Positions 24,282-38,042 of a stretch of 64,000 nucleotides of DNA are shown here, piece after piece. Below the pieces are notes generated by a model. The model was not told the origin of the DNA, did no database searches, and worked only from the letters and a program-made list of their open reading frames with translations. The first letter of the stretch is position 1. Each line of letters starts with the position of its first letter. The position numbers and the translations under genes are program-made. The DNA is taken from positions 704,001 through 768,000 of the forward strand of contig CM000430.1 in assembly GCA_000165345.1 (NCBI GenBank). The letters are read 5' to 3'.

Positions 24282-26456
24282 ATGGTAGATGAAGACTCAA
24301 ACTCTTCTTTATCTCCATCTTCTAATTCGGAAATTACCAAAATCTCCAATGAATACCATGACCGTGGCAGTGGTAAGAAGAGAAGAACATTTAGCAGGGG
24401 GAGATTCAGAAAGCCAGGAGCGCATGGAAGCCATAAACCAGATATGCCCGGGCTTTCAGCACCAGGAGTTCCGGGAGGAGGTGAACCAGCATCAGTAATT
24501 TCAGAACCAGGTGCAGAAAACTCCAAAGGAAGCAAGTCTGAACCAAAGAACAATCGAAATCTTGGGGGAAGAAAAGACTTCCGTAAATACAGGAACAAGA
24601 AGGTTGACCCAAAAAAAGGCATTTCCAATGCAAAAGAAGGGGTAAGATCTGAATTCAATAAAAATGGCCGAGGTAATTTCGTAATGACGAAGCCAAAATA
24701 CAGTTGGGGGAATGAGTTCTCCAGACTTAGTAAGCTTTATGGGGCTAATATTATTGCAGAGGAGTTGGTTTGCGATGAAGATGAAAACAACAAGCCAACT
24801 GAAGAGAGAAAGAACGATGAAGTTGATGATTCTTTCAGAAAAACCTCAATAAAGTTGTCTTGCAAATATCAGCCAAGCGATCCAGATTTCCCTTTCTCAA
24901 AGCTGAGTGAATATAATATGCAAGATTCCAAGACAGAATTTTCTTCTCCTGAAAAATTTTCAATTTTAATACATATAACCATTCCATCAGGATATCCAAA
25001 AGAAAATATCGACCAAGTTGTTTTTGATACTCCAGAATACCAGTATGTGAGTTCCAAGTTTAACGAAGCTTTTCAAGAATGTATTTCAAAATCTTCCTTG
25101 ACTTCAAATCCAATTTATGAAGCTCTTAAGACATTTGATAGGAATTTTTCAGAATTAGTTTTAAATGGACTTCCTTCAATAGAATCTATTAATGAATTTA
25201 TTCTTTTGAACTGGACTCCTGGGGAGCAAAAGCTTCTAGAAGAGGCAATTTGCTATTACAAGTATACAAAGGACGTGAACAAGAAATGGATTGAGATTGC
25301 CAATCATGTTGGTAATGGAAAGACTGTTAAACAGTGCATTGACAGGTATAAGTATTGTAGGTCTTTAGTGGTCAATAAAGAATCAGAGAAAAAAACCATA
25401 ATGGGGGAGGAAAGTGATGTACAATACGCCACCAATGAATCAAAAGTTGATGATGGACTTTTGTATTCAGAAAAGGATGGTCTCGATAAAACACCAGTGG
25501 AAGAATTGAGCAGATTAAATTTGATGAATTATGAGAATTTGCTCATTAATGGTTTGGAAATTTTTTCTATTGATTTAATTTTGATTGCAATTCTGAGGCT
25601 TCAAATTTATTGCTCAAGATGTAATGAGGTGAATGATTATAAACCAATAAGTATTCCAAGTAACCATGATTTGACTTTAAATAACCAAGACGAAACAAGG
25701 GAATTGACTTTCTTGGATAATTTGGTGTTAGGTAACTCACAAAACTGTAAGAAATGTGGTTTAAAACATTCCATACACTTTTCACCACTAATATGCCATT
25801 CTAATGATATAAAAATTGGGAAGATCGAATTTTCTGAATGCTCATTGAGAGATATTTTACCTTCAGATATTCTTGTCTCATGCTCAAACTGCAGTAATTT
25901 TCTGAGGATTAGAGAGTTCTTTGTGGGGAAGCAGTATTCAGTGAACTGTAGAAATTGTTTTAAAGAACTGAAAATTAAGGCAGATGGTTTAATTGTTGGG
26001 AATGAAATATTTAATGTTGACAAAAGCACAGATTTTTTGCTTGCTGAATTGAATAATATGAAAAAGTTCAAAAAAAAGATTAATAAGGATACAAAGCTTC
26101 CCACAGCTGTTGGTACCCCTCTTCCTTCAAATGGAACTTGCTCACATTATAAGAAATCCAATCGTTGGAACAGATTTCCTTGCTGTAATAAAGCCTATCC
26201 GTGCCATGAGTGTCATGATAAGGATAATCCTGATCATAAGTTTGAATGGGCAAAACAAATGATTTGTGGATTTTGTAGTAGAGAACAGGGATTCTCTGAA
26301 AATTGTAAATATTGCCGTGCAAATCTGACAGGTAAATCAGGTAATGCATCTGGAAGATTCTGGGAAGGAGGTAAAGGGTGTAGAAATCCTCTTACTTTGA
26401 GTAATCGTGATAGCAGAAAACGAAAGCTGATTTCTCGACAACTCAAAAAGACTTGA
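24282..26456 (+). CDS. Myb/SANT-domain plus CHY-type zinc-finger protein (724 aa)
   Basis: The N-terminus is basic. The SANT/Myb-like stretch is NWTPGEQKLLEEAICYYKYTKDVNKKWIEIANHVGNGKTVKQCIDRYKY. The C-terminal CHY zinc-finger signature is CSHYKKSNRWNRFPCCNKAYPCHECHDKDNPDHKFEWAKQMICGFCSREQGFSENCKYC. No RING was evident. Confidence 0.6.
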   Translation: MVDEDSNSSLSPSSNSEITKISNEYHDRGSGKKRRTFSRGRFRKPGAHGSHKPDMPGLSAPGVPGGGEPASVISEPGAENSKGSKSEPKNNRNLGGRKDFRKYRNKKVDPKKGISNAKEGVRSEFNKNGRGNFVMTKPKYSWGNEFSRLSKLYGANIIAEELVCDEDENNKPTEERKNDEVDDSFRKTSIKLSCKYQPSDPDFPFSKLSEYNMQDSKTEFSSPEKFSILIHITIPSGYPKENIDQVVFDTPEYQYVSSKFNEAFQECISKSSLTSNPIYEALKTFDRNFSELVLNGLPSIESINEFILLNWTPGEQKLLEEAICYYKYTKDVNKKWIEIANHVGNGKTVKQCIDRYKYCRSLVVNKESEKKTIMGEESDVQYATNESKVDDGLLYSEKDGLDKTPVEELSRLNLMNYENLLINGLEIFSIDLILIAILRLQIYCSRCNEVNDYKPISIPSNHDLTLNNQDETRELTFLDNLVLGNSQNCKKCGLKHSIHFSPLICHSNDIKIGKIEFSECSLRDILPSDILVSCSNCSNFLRIREFFVGKQYSVNCRNCFKELKIKADGLIVGNEIFNVDKSTDFLLAELNNMKKFKKKINKDTKLPTAVGTPLPSNGTCSHYKKSNRWNRFPCCNKAYPCHECHDKDNPDHKFEWAKQMICGFCSREQGFSENCKYCRANLTGKSGNASGRFWEGGKGCRNPLTLSNRDSRKRKLISRQLKKT

Positions 26457-26558
26457 ATTGATAATGGTTATTAAGATCCAAACATTTATTTTTTTTGGAT
26501 TTCTCGACCTTTTGTTTGGCTATAATAAGAAAGAAAAAACCAAATATTATAAAAATAT

Positions 26559-27620
26559 TCAATGTAATATTTCTTGAATAAACGTGGAAACCATTTCAAA
26601 TCCGAATTGTAGACTTATTAGCATGAATGTATAATCTTCAAAATTATCCAATATGTATATTAGTATGTGATTTAATAGTAGAATCATTGATAGCATCTTT
26701 CTTGAAAAAATAAAGAACAATTTTGCAAGTATTATTACCAATAAGTAATATTCTAGGATACGAGAATATAACTTTTTTCTTATGTTATCGAATGAATTGT
26801 TTATTTTCTCAATATAGGATGTTAATTTTGATTTTATATTTTCCAAGATAAATTCAATTTTTCTTGACAAACTTTTTTTCTTATTTCCCATAGAAACTTC
26901 TAAGTTTTTCATTAAATTTTCAATATCTTCGTCTATCAGTTTAATTTCTGTGCTAACAGATTTTGATAAATGTTGAATATAATTATTTACAGTATCTGTA
27001 TTTTCAGCTATTTTTCTGTAGGCTAATTGATCAATTGAATATTGTTTATAAAAAATAGACAAAATAACTAACTTAATAGTAAGATTTTTTGAATTGTTTT
27101 CAAATTTACTGTTTTCATTTCCAAATTTCATTATACCATAATCACCTAGATTAATTTTTGAAAGTTGATTTACAATCCTCTCAATATCTTCAAGCTCATA
27201 CTGATTATACCATTTAATGTCATAGTTACTAATTATTGTGCTATTCAAATATGGATGACTTTGATATGCTATAAATCTTTCTCTTATTTTTGATTTTGTA
27301 TTTTTATTAATTAAATCTATTAATTTTCTTAAGAATATAATATTCTTAGTTCTACCATTAAAGCCAAATATACCATTACTTCCACTCTTAGCTGCTTTCA
27401 ATAAATGAATTAACTCACTTTCTAGAATAATCCAATAACATTTTAATTCTTCTTCTTTCCTAGTAGTACATTGGTCAGTAATTAATATATCTTTTCTTAA
27501 CTCTTGCACAAAATTTTCAAAAAAATCCAAAAAATTCACTTTACACCTGATTTCACAAATTATTACTACGATTAGCAATGCGAATAGCCAAATCTGACTA
27601 CTTTTGAGCTTTGCATGCAT
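26559..27620 (-). CDS. Hypothetical membrane protein (about 353 aa). Has an N-terminal signal peptide/anchor and C-terminal hydrophobic segments.
   Basis: The ORF-track M at 27641 is GTG. The first ATG (27618..27620) gives MHAKLKSSQIWLFALLIVVIICEIRC (signal-like). The C-terminus LLVIILAKLFFIFS...MILLLNHILIYIL is hydrophobic. The ATG is embedded in gcatgcatgccggtat. Confidence 0.55.
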   Translation of the reverse strand: MHAKLKSSQIWLFALLIVVIICEIRCKVNFLDFFENFVQELRKDILITDQCTTRKEEELKCYWIILESELIHLLKAAKSGSNGIFGFNGRTKNIIFLRKLIDLINKNTKSKIRERFIAYQSHPYLNSTIISNYDIKWYNQYELEDIERIVNQLSKINLGDYGIMKFGNENSKFENNSKNLTIKLVILSIFYKQYSIDQLAYRKIAENTDTVNNYIQHLSKSVSTEIKLIDEDIENLMKNLEVSMGNKKKSLSRKIEFILENIKSKLTSYIEKINNSFDNIRKKLYSRILEYYLLVIILAKLFFIFSRKMLSMILLLNHILIYILDNFEDYTFMLISLQFGFEMVSTFIQEILH

Positions 27621-27971
27621 GCCGGTATTAATTTTTGTCACCTATTAAAAATGAACAAACAGGCGCCAACATGTACATGCATACATTGAGAGTATTTTTT
27701 TGGCCACGTAATAAGGGAGGAAAAAAAAAAAAAAAAAATTAATCCCACACAAATTACAAACTGACATAAAATAATAAAAAAATATTATAAAGGAGGAGAC
27801 TCGTAAGGAAAATTTATGTAAAGATATGCCATAGTTGAAGGTTTTGTATATTTTTCAAGTTAATGATTAAATGTTAAAGAGCAATTTGTTAGGATTAAAA
27901 AATACACATACACACGTAAATATAAAGCAATAAATAAACTTTTTGAAGAGAAATATAATGAATTGATATAG

Positions 27972-29951
27972 ATGAAATTCATCAAATGTTCAAAGGGGCA
28001 GAAGAGAGTGTTATTAATGATAATTTTATTACTAATTTCGTACTACATTTATATTGGAGGCTTTACTTATAGCAAAAATAATAATTCCAAATATGTAGGA
28101 AGATATATACAAGCTTATAGTAAGTGCTTACACGGATATTTTCGAATTTATTGGTTGGAAATACCCAAACTGGCTTTTAAATTAACAAGTTTACTTCCAT
28201 TTGTCAAACGAGGAAGCATTCAGAAACTTTTTGATTGGGGAAATCTCACTAGATTGAATAATGAGGATTCATTATCTAAAAAACAAAGCAAGAGCTGTAA
28301 ATACCTTATTATGCTTTTAAACCCATGGGACTTACCAATTGATTGCATTTCTGAGGAATTTTTGGAGGAGAAATTTATTAGTAGTAGTAGCAAATCATCC
28401 ACATTTATAATGGAGCGTAATCTGAATGATAATCCATGGAGGAAAGAACTCTATAGAAGCATTTCGGAAAGGACAAGTAATACTAATTTTTTTGAAGATC
28501 ATATAACTCTGGCAATGCTCGTAGAAGATTTAGAAAACGAATTATCGAGTTTAATTATAGGGGAAGGCTTTCCGAAAGAAACGGGAGAGGATTATCTAAA
28601 TAGATTATTGGATATATCACTAGACTTGGAGTTTAGTGATGTAGAGTGTAAGAGAACTGTCAATATTAAGAGGCTTTGGGAATTTGGCCGTCTATATAAC
28701 GAATTAAATAAAAACAGTGAATCTTCTAAAGCTGGAGAGTCCAAATACTATAGAGAATTTTTGGCTTTTGTTTATTATAGATGCATTTATGGTGCAGAAG
28801 GCTCTAATATATCTAAGAGTCTAGAAAAGAATACAAATACTGAGCATCTTTTTATTAAGCTTGGAATTAGAGATAAAACTGACTTAAATAAAGGCTCATT
28901 CTTTGATGTGGTTTCCTGTTATCAATTAATTCCTGTCATTGGAATTGAAGATAATGAATTAGTTTCTCTTGGAAATCTATGTGGTTGGGAGTTTGAGAAA
29001 AAAAATTTCTACTCTCAAAATGACATTGATCAGGAAAAAATACACCTTATAAGACAACACATAGTCCAAATCGATGAGATTTATTCAAAGTTAGATATTA
29101 TTCGGCTAAACAACAAGTATTATCAGAATCTAACTAAAGAAAATGAAATGGAGGACTTTCAGACAAGCTATTTTAACCAAATAATACTTCTGTTGAAGAA
29201 GACTACTAGGCAAATAATGATTCAATATACCTTTATGTCTGAAGAAATCGGCAACTTTATTAATTCTTCAAGGAAATTTGATCAAAGTTTTGAAGCCAAA
29301 TCCCCAAAAAGCCCTAGTGTCTATCCTATTATATCAACTACCGATCTCAAAAATAATATTTCCAATCATTACAATAAACAAATTTCAGATTCTATCAACT
29401 GGAAACAACTCATATCAAGTATAGTTGACAACACACAAAACATCCTGGTGAGGGAACACATCAACACAATGTTAATCAATTTCCTATTCGATGCAATTAT
29501 TAACATGCTGAATCCCTGGATAAGCTTGTTCTATCAAGCAAGTTTTATCATTAATTCTTATCTGAGCATTATATCTTTTCTATTGGTTATAGTAGCAATC
29601 CTGGTATGCTTTAACACAATTCCATGCTTCAGAAATGAAAAAGATGAGAAAAAGTCACAAAGTATTTGGTCAAAAGTTTTGAGAATTTACAAGGCTAATG
29701 TAATTGTTATATTATTGAATGCAATTCTTATTTTGGGCGGGCTAATTAGGTATTTATATTTGCCTAATGAAATTGAGCTTTTAAACACAAATATAGCAAT
29801 AATAAAAGCAGTCAATAAGGTATTTAATATTGTACTCTGTCCATGTGTGGTGAATATAATAACATCATTTTCTACAGTTTTTTCAATTTTTCAGTGGCAA
29901 TTAATATGGATGAGCAGAAAACTCTCGTTTTCGAGCTTAATTAATTTATAA
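27972..29951 (+). CDS. Hypothetical multi-pass membrane protein (659 aa)
   Basis: The N-terminal TM is RVLLMIILLLISYYIYIGGF. The C-terminal region has three or four TM segments (IISFLLVIVAILVCF; VIVILLNAILILGGLI; VLCPCVVNIITSFSTVFSIF). Composition is coding-like throughout. Confidence 0.6.
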   Translation: MKFIKCSKGQKRVLLMIILLLISYYIYIGGFTYSKNNNSKYVGRYIQAYSKCLHGYFRIYWLEIPKLAFKLTSLLPFVKRGSIQKLFDWGNLTRLNNEDSLSKKQSKSCKYLIMLLNPWDLPIDCISEEFLEEKFISSSSKSSTFIMERNLNDNPWRKELYRSISERTSNTNFFEDHITLAMLVEDLENELSSLIIGEGFPKETGEDYLNRLLDISLDLEFSDVECKRTVNIKRLWEFGRLYNELNKNSESSKAGESKYYREFLAFVYYRCIYGAEGSNISKSLEKNTNTEHLFIKLGIRDKTDLNKGSFFDVVSCYQLIPVIGIEDNELVSLGNLCGWEFEKKNFYSQNDIDQEKIHLIRQHIVQIDEIYSKLDIIRLNNKYYQNLTKENEMEDFQTSYFNQIILLLKKTTRQIMIQYTFMSEEIGNFINSSRKFDQSFEAKSPKSPSVYPIISTTDLKNNISNHYNKQISDSINWKQLISSIVDNTQNILVREHINTMLINFLFDAIINMLNPWISLFYQASFIINSYLSIISFLLVIVAILVCFNTIPCFRNEKDEKKSQSIWSKVLRIYKANVIVILLNAILILGGLIRYLYLPNEIELLNTNIAIIKAVNKVFNIVLCPCVVNIITSFSTVFSIFQWQLIWMSRKLSFSSLINL

Positions 29952-30528
29952 TGGTAGATCTAGACTATAAATGGACATGGTAGGAAAATAATATTTTTTC
30001 AGAACAATTTTTGCAAGTAAAAAAAAATAGAGGAGAAACCCCTTACTTGCTAGATTTTACATGTACTAGAGAGTTATAGAAGAGAAAAGGAACGAATTAA
30101 AAAAAAAAGTTTGGAATAAAAAGCAAAATAAAGTACTGAGGATAGATTGAATTGGGAAAATAATTGCGATAAGTTGGGAAGAAAATAAAGGTTTCATGAT
30201 ATATATGTGACTGAATAAGACTATATATTATTGGAATAGTTAATAAACAGGTTTGAAAGAAAAATTAGTAATATTTAATCCAGGATAAAGTTGCAGGTTA
30301 AAAGATTCAAGACACAAAAATACTCACATGATATATATAAATATATGCAAAAAAAGGTAAAAGAGTGATTTGGCTATTTGGAAGTGCTTATTACTCATTT
30401 CGTATATTTATACATATATATGTATTTATATTTTTATACATATATATGTATAAATATATAATATGTATACATGTATATAAATAGTGAGAGAAATTGAATT
30501 AGATTATTGAAACATAATTGGTGGAAAT

Positions 30529-34356
<3,828 letters not shown>

Positions 34357-34830
34357 AGGATTAGAATAAAAACATTTTCATGATAATAATTATCATTATC
34401 TTTAATTAATAAAGAGATAATAATAATTTAGCCAAGACAAGTTTCAATCTTATTTCTAATGGTCTTAAGGTTATCTTTAGGGGAGAATTTGATTTCAGTA
34501 AAATTCTGAATGGGATGAATAATAAGTTTATTATTGAAAAGTAATAAAATAAAAAAAATGAATAATCTTTTTTATTCAACTTACTTGAAAAGGAAAAGAA
34601 TGTTTATTGGTATTATTGGAGAAAATTAATGAGTCTAGATCCCAGTATCCAAATTCAAAGAGTAAGGTTTTAAAATATTGAGCAATTCCTTCTTCAGATA
34701 AGCAATTATGTGCAAAGTTAGAGGTGATTTTTGAGATATTACTTGAGATTTGGGGATTCTCCAAGATTAAATTAACCTATAAAATTTAGGAAGTTAATGA
34801 AAGAGATGATATTTGTGGACCAATATTGAA

Positions 34831-34885
<55 letters not shown>

Positions 34886-35127
34886 ATTTAGTAATAAAAA
34901 TGGAGTTTATGGGATTATTTGTGAGATTAATATGTTCCATATATCCTCTAATATATCCTAAAAGTTTCTCCATTTATTGAAATGAAGAGTAGAATTAATT
35001 GGAAAAAGAAGATTTCTTTTTGTTTCTTCAACTCCCAGCTCAATTCTCATGTTCATTTCTCTATATTATTATTTTTATTAATTCCAATAATATTGAGAAA
35101 ATGGTCCAACCAAAGATCAGGATTTGG

Positions 35128-37242
35128 CTAACTTACATTTAATAAGATATCACTGATATTATTAAATTTGAAAAAGAGACGGTTTTTCTTGAATAAAAGA
35201 TCATAGAATTGGTGTGAGTAATAAGATCTAATATTTTGGAAGATCATTGTTCCTAAAAAAAATTTAAGTTTAAAAGTAAATATTATGGATGAAATAAAAA
35301 TTATATTTAACTTACCAGTAAGCATAAGCATTCTAAGTCTATTAGACCAAGGACCGACCCCAGATAGGTCTAAAGAGAATTTACTAGATACTAATCTGTT
35401 GATCCAGTCTATAAAAGATATCGATTCCTTTCTACAAATGAATTTTGAATCGCATAATGTAAGTTTTTCAAGTAAATTGGCTCTATTTTCACAAGAGATT
35501 TTGTTTGAATCAGATATAAATACGTGATTTGAAATATTTCCACTATGAAAATTATTATGGTATATTTCATTATATATATTACAAGAAAGATCAAGTCTGG
35601 ATGTATCTGTATATCTTCCAATAAAGAATAGAGTATTATTTTTAAGATTCCATAAATCTTTATTATTATTTGGATATTCATTCGAAATAAAAGATCTTGC
35701 AATAAGTTCATTATTATCAAGATGATTAACATATGGAATAGAAGCAAAATCCCATGAGTTTGAGTTTGATGATATTGAAAGTATAAGACCACTAGAATTT
35801 GGTGAGTTTTTAGGATTGAATTGACAAATACAATGAAGATGATTAAATAGTTTAAATATATCTCTTTTTTTTAATTTATCAAAAATGGATGTAAATATGG
35901 AATTATTATTTTGAAAAAAACAAGGAATATAACACTTTATTGTTCCATAACACATTATTTCTGGAATATGATAACGAGATAATATTGAAATAATTTGTTT
36001 AACAAAATTGTTGATTATTTCACATATTGTATATGTTGTGAGATGATTATTGATTAAACTTGAAAATATGGTACCATTATTTTGATGATAATTTTGGTCA
36101 TCATTTTGAATTATAGATTGATTATTATTATTTTGGTTTTGATAACGATAATGATTAAAAGAAAGAAAGTAACTTTTGGATACAGAAGAAGAATAAGAGG
36201 TAAAGTTTGAGGATTGATTGGTTACATTAACTGTAGAATCTTCACAAATGTTCATATTACTATTGTTATTACTATTATCATTATTATTATAAGAGATTAA
36301 GGTTGAAAGAGAAGTACATTTACTATTAAATTGTTGCTGAGGTTTTAAAAATACATGGTGAATTTCTGTTGTGTTTGAGAGTAGGAATTGCATTTGTTTG
36401 GAGAATTTAGAATTTAAGATACATTTTTCAATATGAAGTGTATCATTTTTGTAAATATGAAATGGCATAGATTTCCAGATTATAGGGCAATCATCATAAT
36501 GTATGAGCAAATCTAAATATCTTATATGATTATTATACTTTAAAGAGTTATTTTCGTTATTGTTTTCATTTTCTTCTATGCTATTTTTTTGAATTGCTTT
36601 AAATATATATTTAATAGTATGATTAATATCTCTGATCTTTAATTGTTTTAATTTACTTACTTTAGGTATACGTTGATCTGGAATACATGAAATAATTGGT
36701 TCAAATTCAAGTATTTTACGATTTATTGAATCAAAGATATATTTAAAACGTAGTTTAATCATTGTAATATCATCATTTATAGTAGTATATGATAAGTACT
36801 TAATCATTTCTTCAATTTGAAATGAAGGGCCCAATATTAATGATTTAGAATGATTAGATGAATTAATAATGGAGCTAGTTTTGTATTTTGAAATTAAAGA
36901 TTTTACACTTTTTTTCCAGTAATTTTGACATAATTTTGGAAAGTTATTTTTTTGATGATCTTGAAATGATTTAATGATTTCAGGTAAATTATTAAATATT
37001 TGAAAAATATTTTCATCATTTTTTTCAAAAATCTGTTCAGAATCAAAAGAAATATTAGGATTACTATCTTCGTTTTGAATTAATTTAGCATCTTCTTTTT
37101 CAAGTAGAATTTGCTGATTTATTTGTTGAAAAAGTTTGTTTTTATGATCATTATCATTTTTAAATTCTGTAATAATGTAACAAATGATACATACCAATAC
37201 TAAAGAATGGATAAATAGAGCAACAAGTCTTATTCGAATCAT
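35128..37242 (-). CDS. Asn-rich type II membrane protein (704 aa), possibly glycosyltransferase-like at the C-terminus
   Basis: The N-terminal signal anchor is MIRIRLVALFIHSLVLVCIICYIITEF. There are long poly-N/low-complexity tracts. The C-terminal block ...SKFSLDLSGVGPWSNRLRMLMLTGKLNIIFIS... weakly resembles the exostosin/GT47 C-terminal motif (S.FCL.P.G....S.R..E.L..G.IPV). The ATG is at 37240..37242. Confidence 0.55.
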   Translation of the reverse strand: MIRIRLVALFIHSLVLVCIICYIITEFKNDNDHKNKLFQQINQQILLEKEDAKLIQNEDSNPNISFDSEQIFEKNDENIFQIFNNLPEIIKSFQDHQKNNFPKLCQNYWKKSVKSLISKYKTSSIINSSNHSKSLILGPSFQIEEMIKYLSYTTINDDITMIKLRFKYIFDSINRKILEFEPIISCIPDQRIPKVSKLKQLKIRDINHTIKYIFKAIQKNSIEENENNNENNSLKYNNHIRYLDLLIHYDDCPIIWKSMPFHIYKNDTLHIEKCILNSKFSKQMQFLLSNTTEIHHVFLKPQQQFNSKCTSLSTLISYNNNDNSNNNSNMNICEDSTVNVTNQSSNFTSYSSSVSKSYFLSFNHYRYQNQNNNNQSIIQNDDQNYHQNNGTIFSSLINNHLTTYTICEIINNFVKQIISILSRYHIPEIMCYGTIKCYIPCFFQNNNSIFTSIFDKLKKRDIFKLFNHLHCICQFNPKNSPNSSGLILSISSNSNSWDFASIPYVNHLDNNELIARSFISNEYPNNNKDLWNLKNNTLFFIGRYTDTSRLDLSCNIYNEIYHNNFHSGNISNHVFISDSNKISCENRANLLEKLTLCDSKFICRKESISFIDWINRLVSSKFSLDLSGVGPWSNRLRMLMLTGKLNIIFISSIIFTFKLKFFLGTMIFQNIRSYYSHQFYDLLFKKNRLFFKFNNISDILLNVS

Positions 37243-37383
37243 ATTAAATAAGTACTAAAAAGATTCCAATTGAGTTACTTTAAACATGATAAAGTTAGAG
37301 TTTCATTATTTGGTTAATTAATAGAAGAAATTAAATAGGATGGGTAAATTGATTATTATTTTTTCTTTTCTTTTATTCTTTTC

Positions 37384-37450
37384 TATACCGGTCTTGAGAT
37401 TCCCCACAGTCAAAACTGCATCACGTGCATTTGGCGCCGGCGGGCAATGC
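37384..37450. promoter_or_regulatory. Upstream element cluster of ctataccggtc (37384..37394) and ttggcgccggcgggcaatgc (37431..37450), about 150-200 bp upstream of the minus-strand gene at 37242
   Basis: ACCGGT-core element plus a composite E2F-like GGCGCC/GGCGGG element. Confidence 0.35.
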
Positions 37451-37882
37451 ATTATTTTATATTTTGTAAAATATAAAGTCATGTATATAAAAGACCGCAT
37501 GAAGGATAATTTAATTAATAAAAAGAAAATCAATTAGTGACTGTTTAGGAATGAAAAAGAAAAAAAGTTAATAAAAGAAAATAATATAGGAAAAGTATTT
37601 GAATAAAGACAAAAATTTGGTGGTTTTGTTGAGGTGAATAAGAAAAGGAGAGAGGAGTGGGTGGATGGGGGGGAGGAAGGAAAATAACATGCAAGCACCC
37701 ATTATTTAAATAGGAAAAGCTAGAAAAAGAGATAAATTAAGTAAACACAAAAATCTACAGTTTTCTATCTTAATTGTTAATATTTTCTTTTAGTAAATTT
37801 ATATCTTCTCTTCTTTCGTAATAATATGTAAACTATTTATGTTTTTTTTTTTTTCTGAATATAAAATGTTTTTACAAGAACT

Positions 37883-37897
37883 TTTGGCGGGAAATCA
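37883..37897. promoter_or_regulatory. Canonical E2F site ttttggcgggaaatc about 150 bp upstream of the SF3B2 ATG
   Basis: Exact TTTGGCGGGAAA match. Confidence 0.45.
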
Positions 37898-38042
37898 TGT
37901 AAAGCTAAATTATTATTATAGTTAATGATTGAATGTTCCATTAGGAGTAGGAATGGGATTGTTTAAATATTAAATATATATAAATATTTGAATAAATAAA
38001 AAGAGTGTAGAAGAACCAAAATATAATTATGAATAAGAAGAT

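Noticed and set aside
35128-37242. Confident glycosyltransferase call for the Asn-rich type II membrane protein
   Set aside because: Only a short C-terminal block loosely resembles the exostosin/GT47 motif. Without a profile search this is too weak, so it is kept as a low-confidence note in the feature list.
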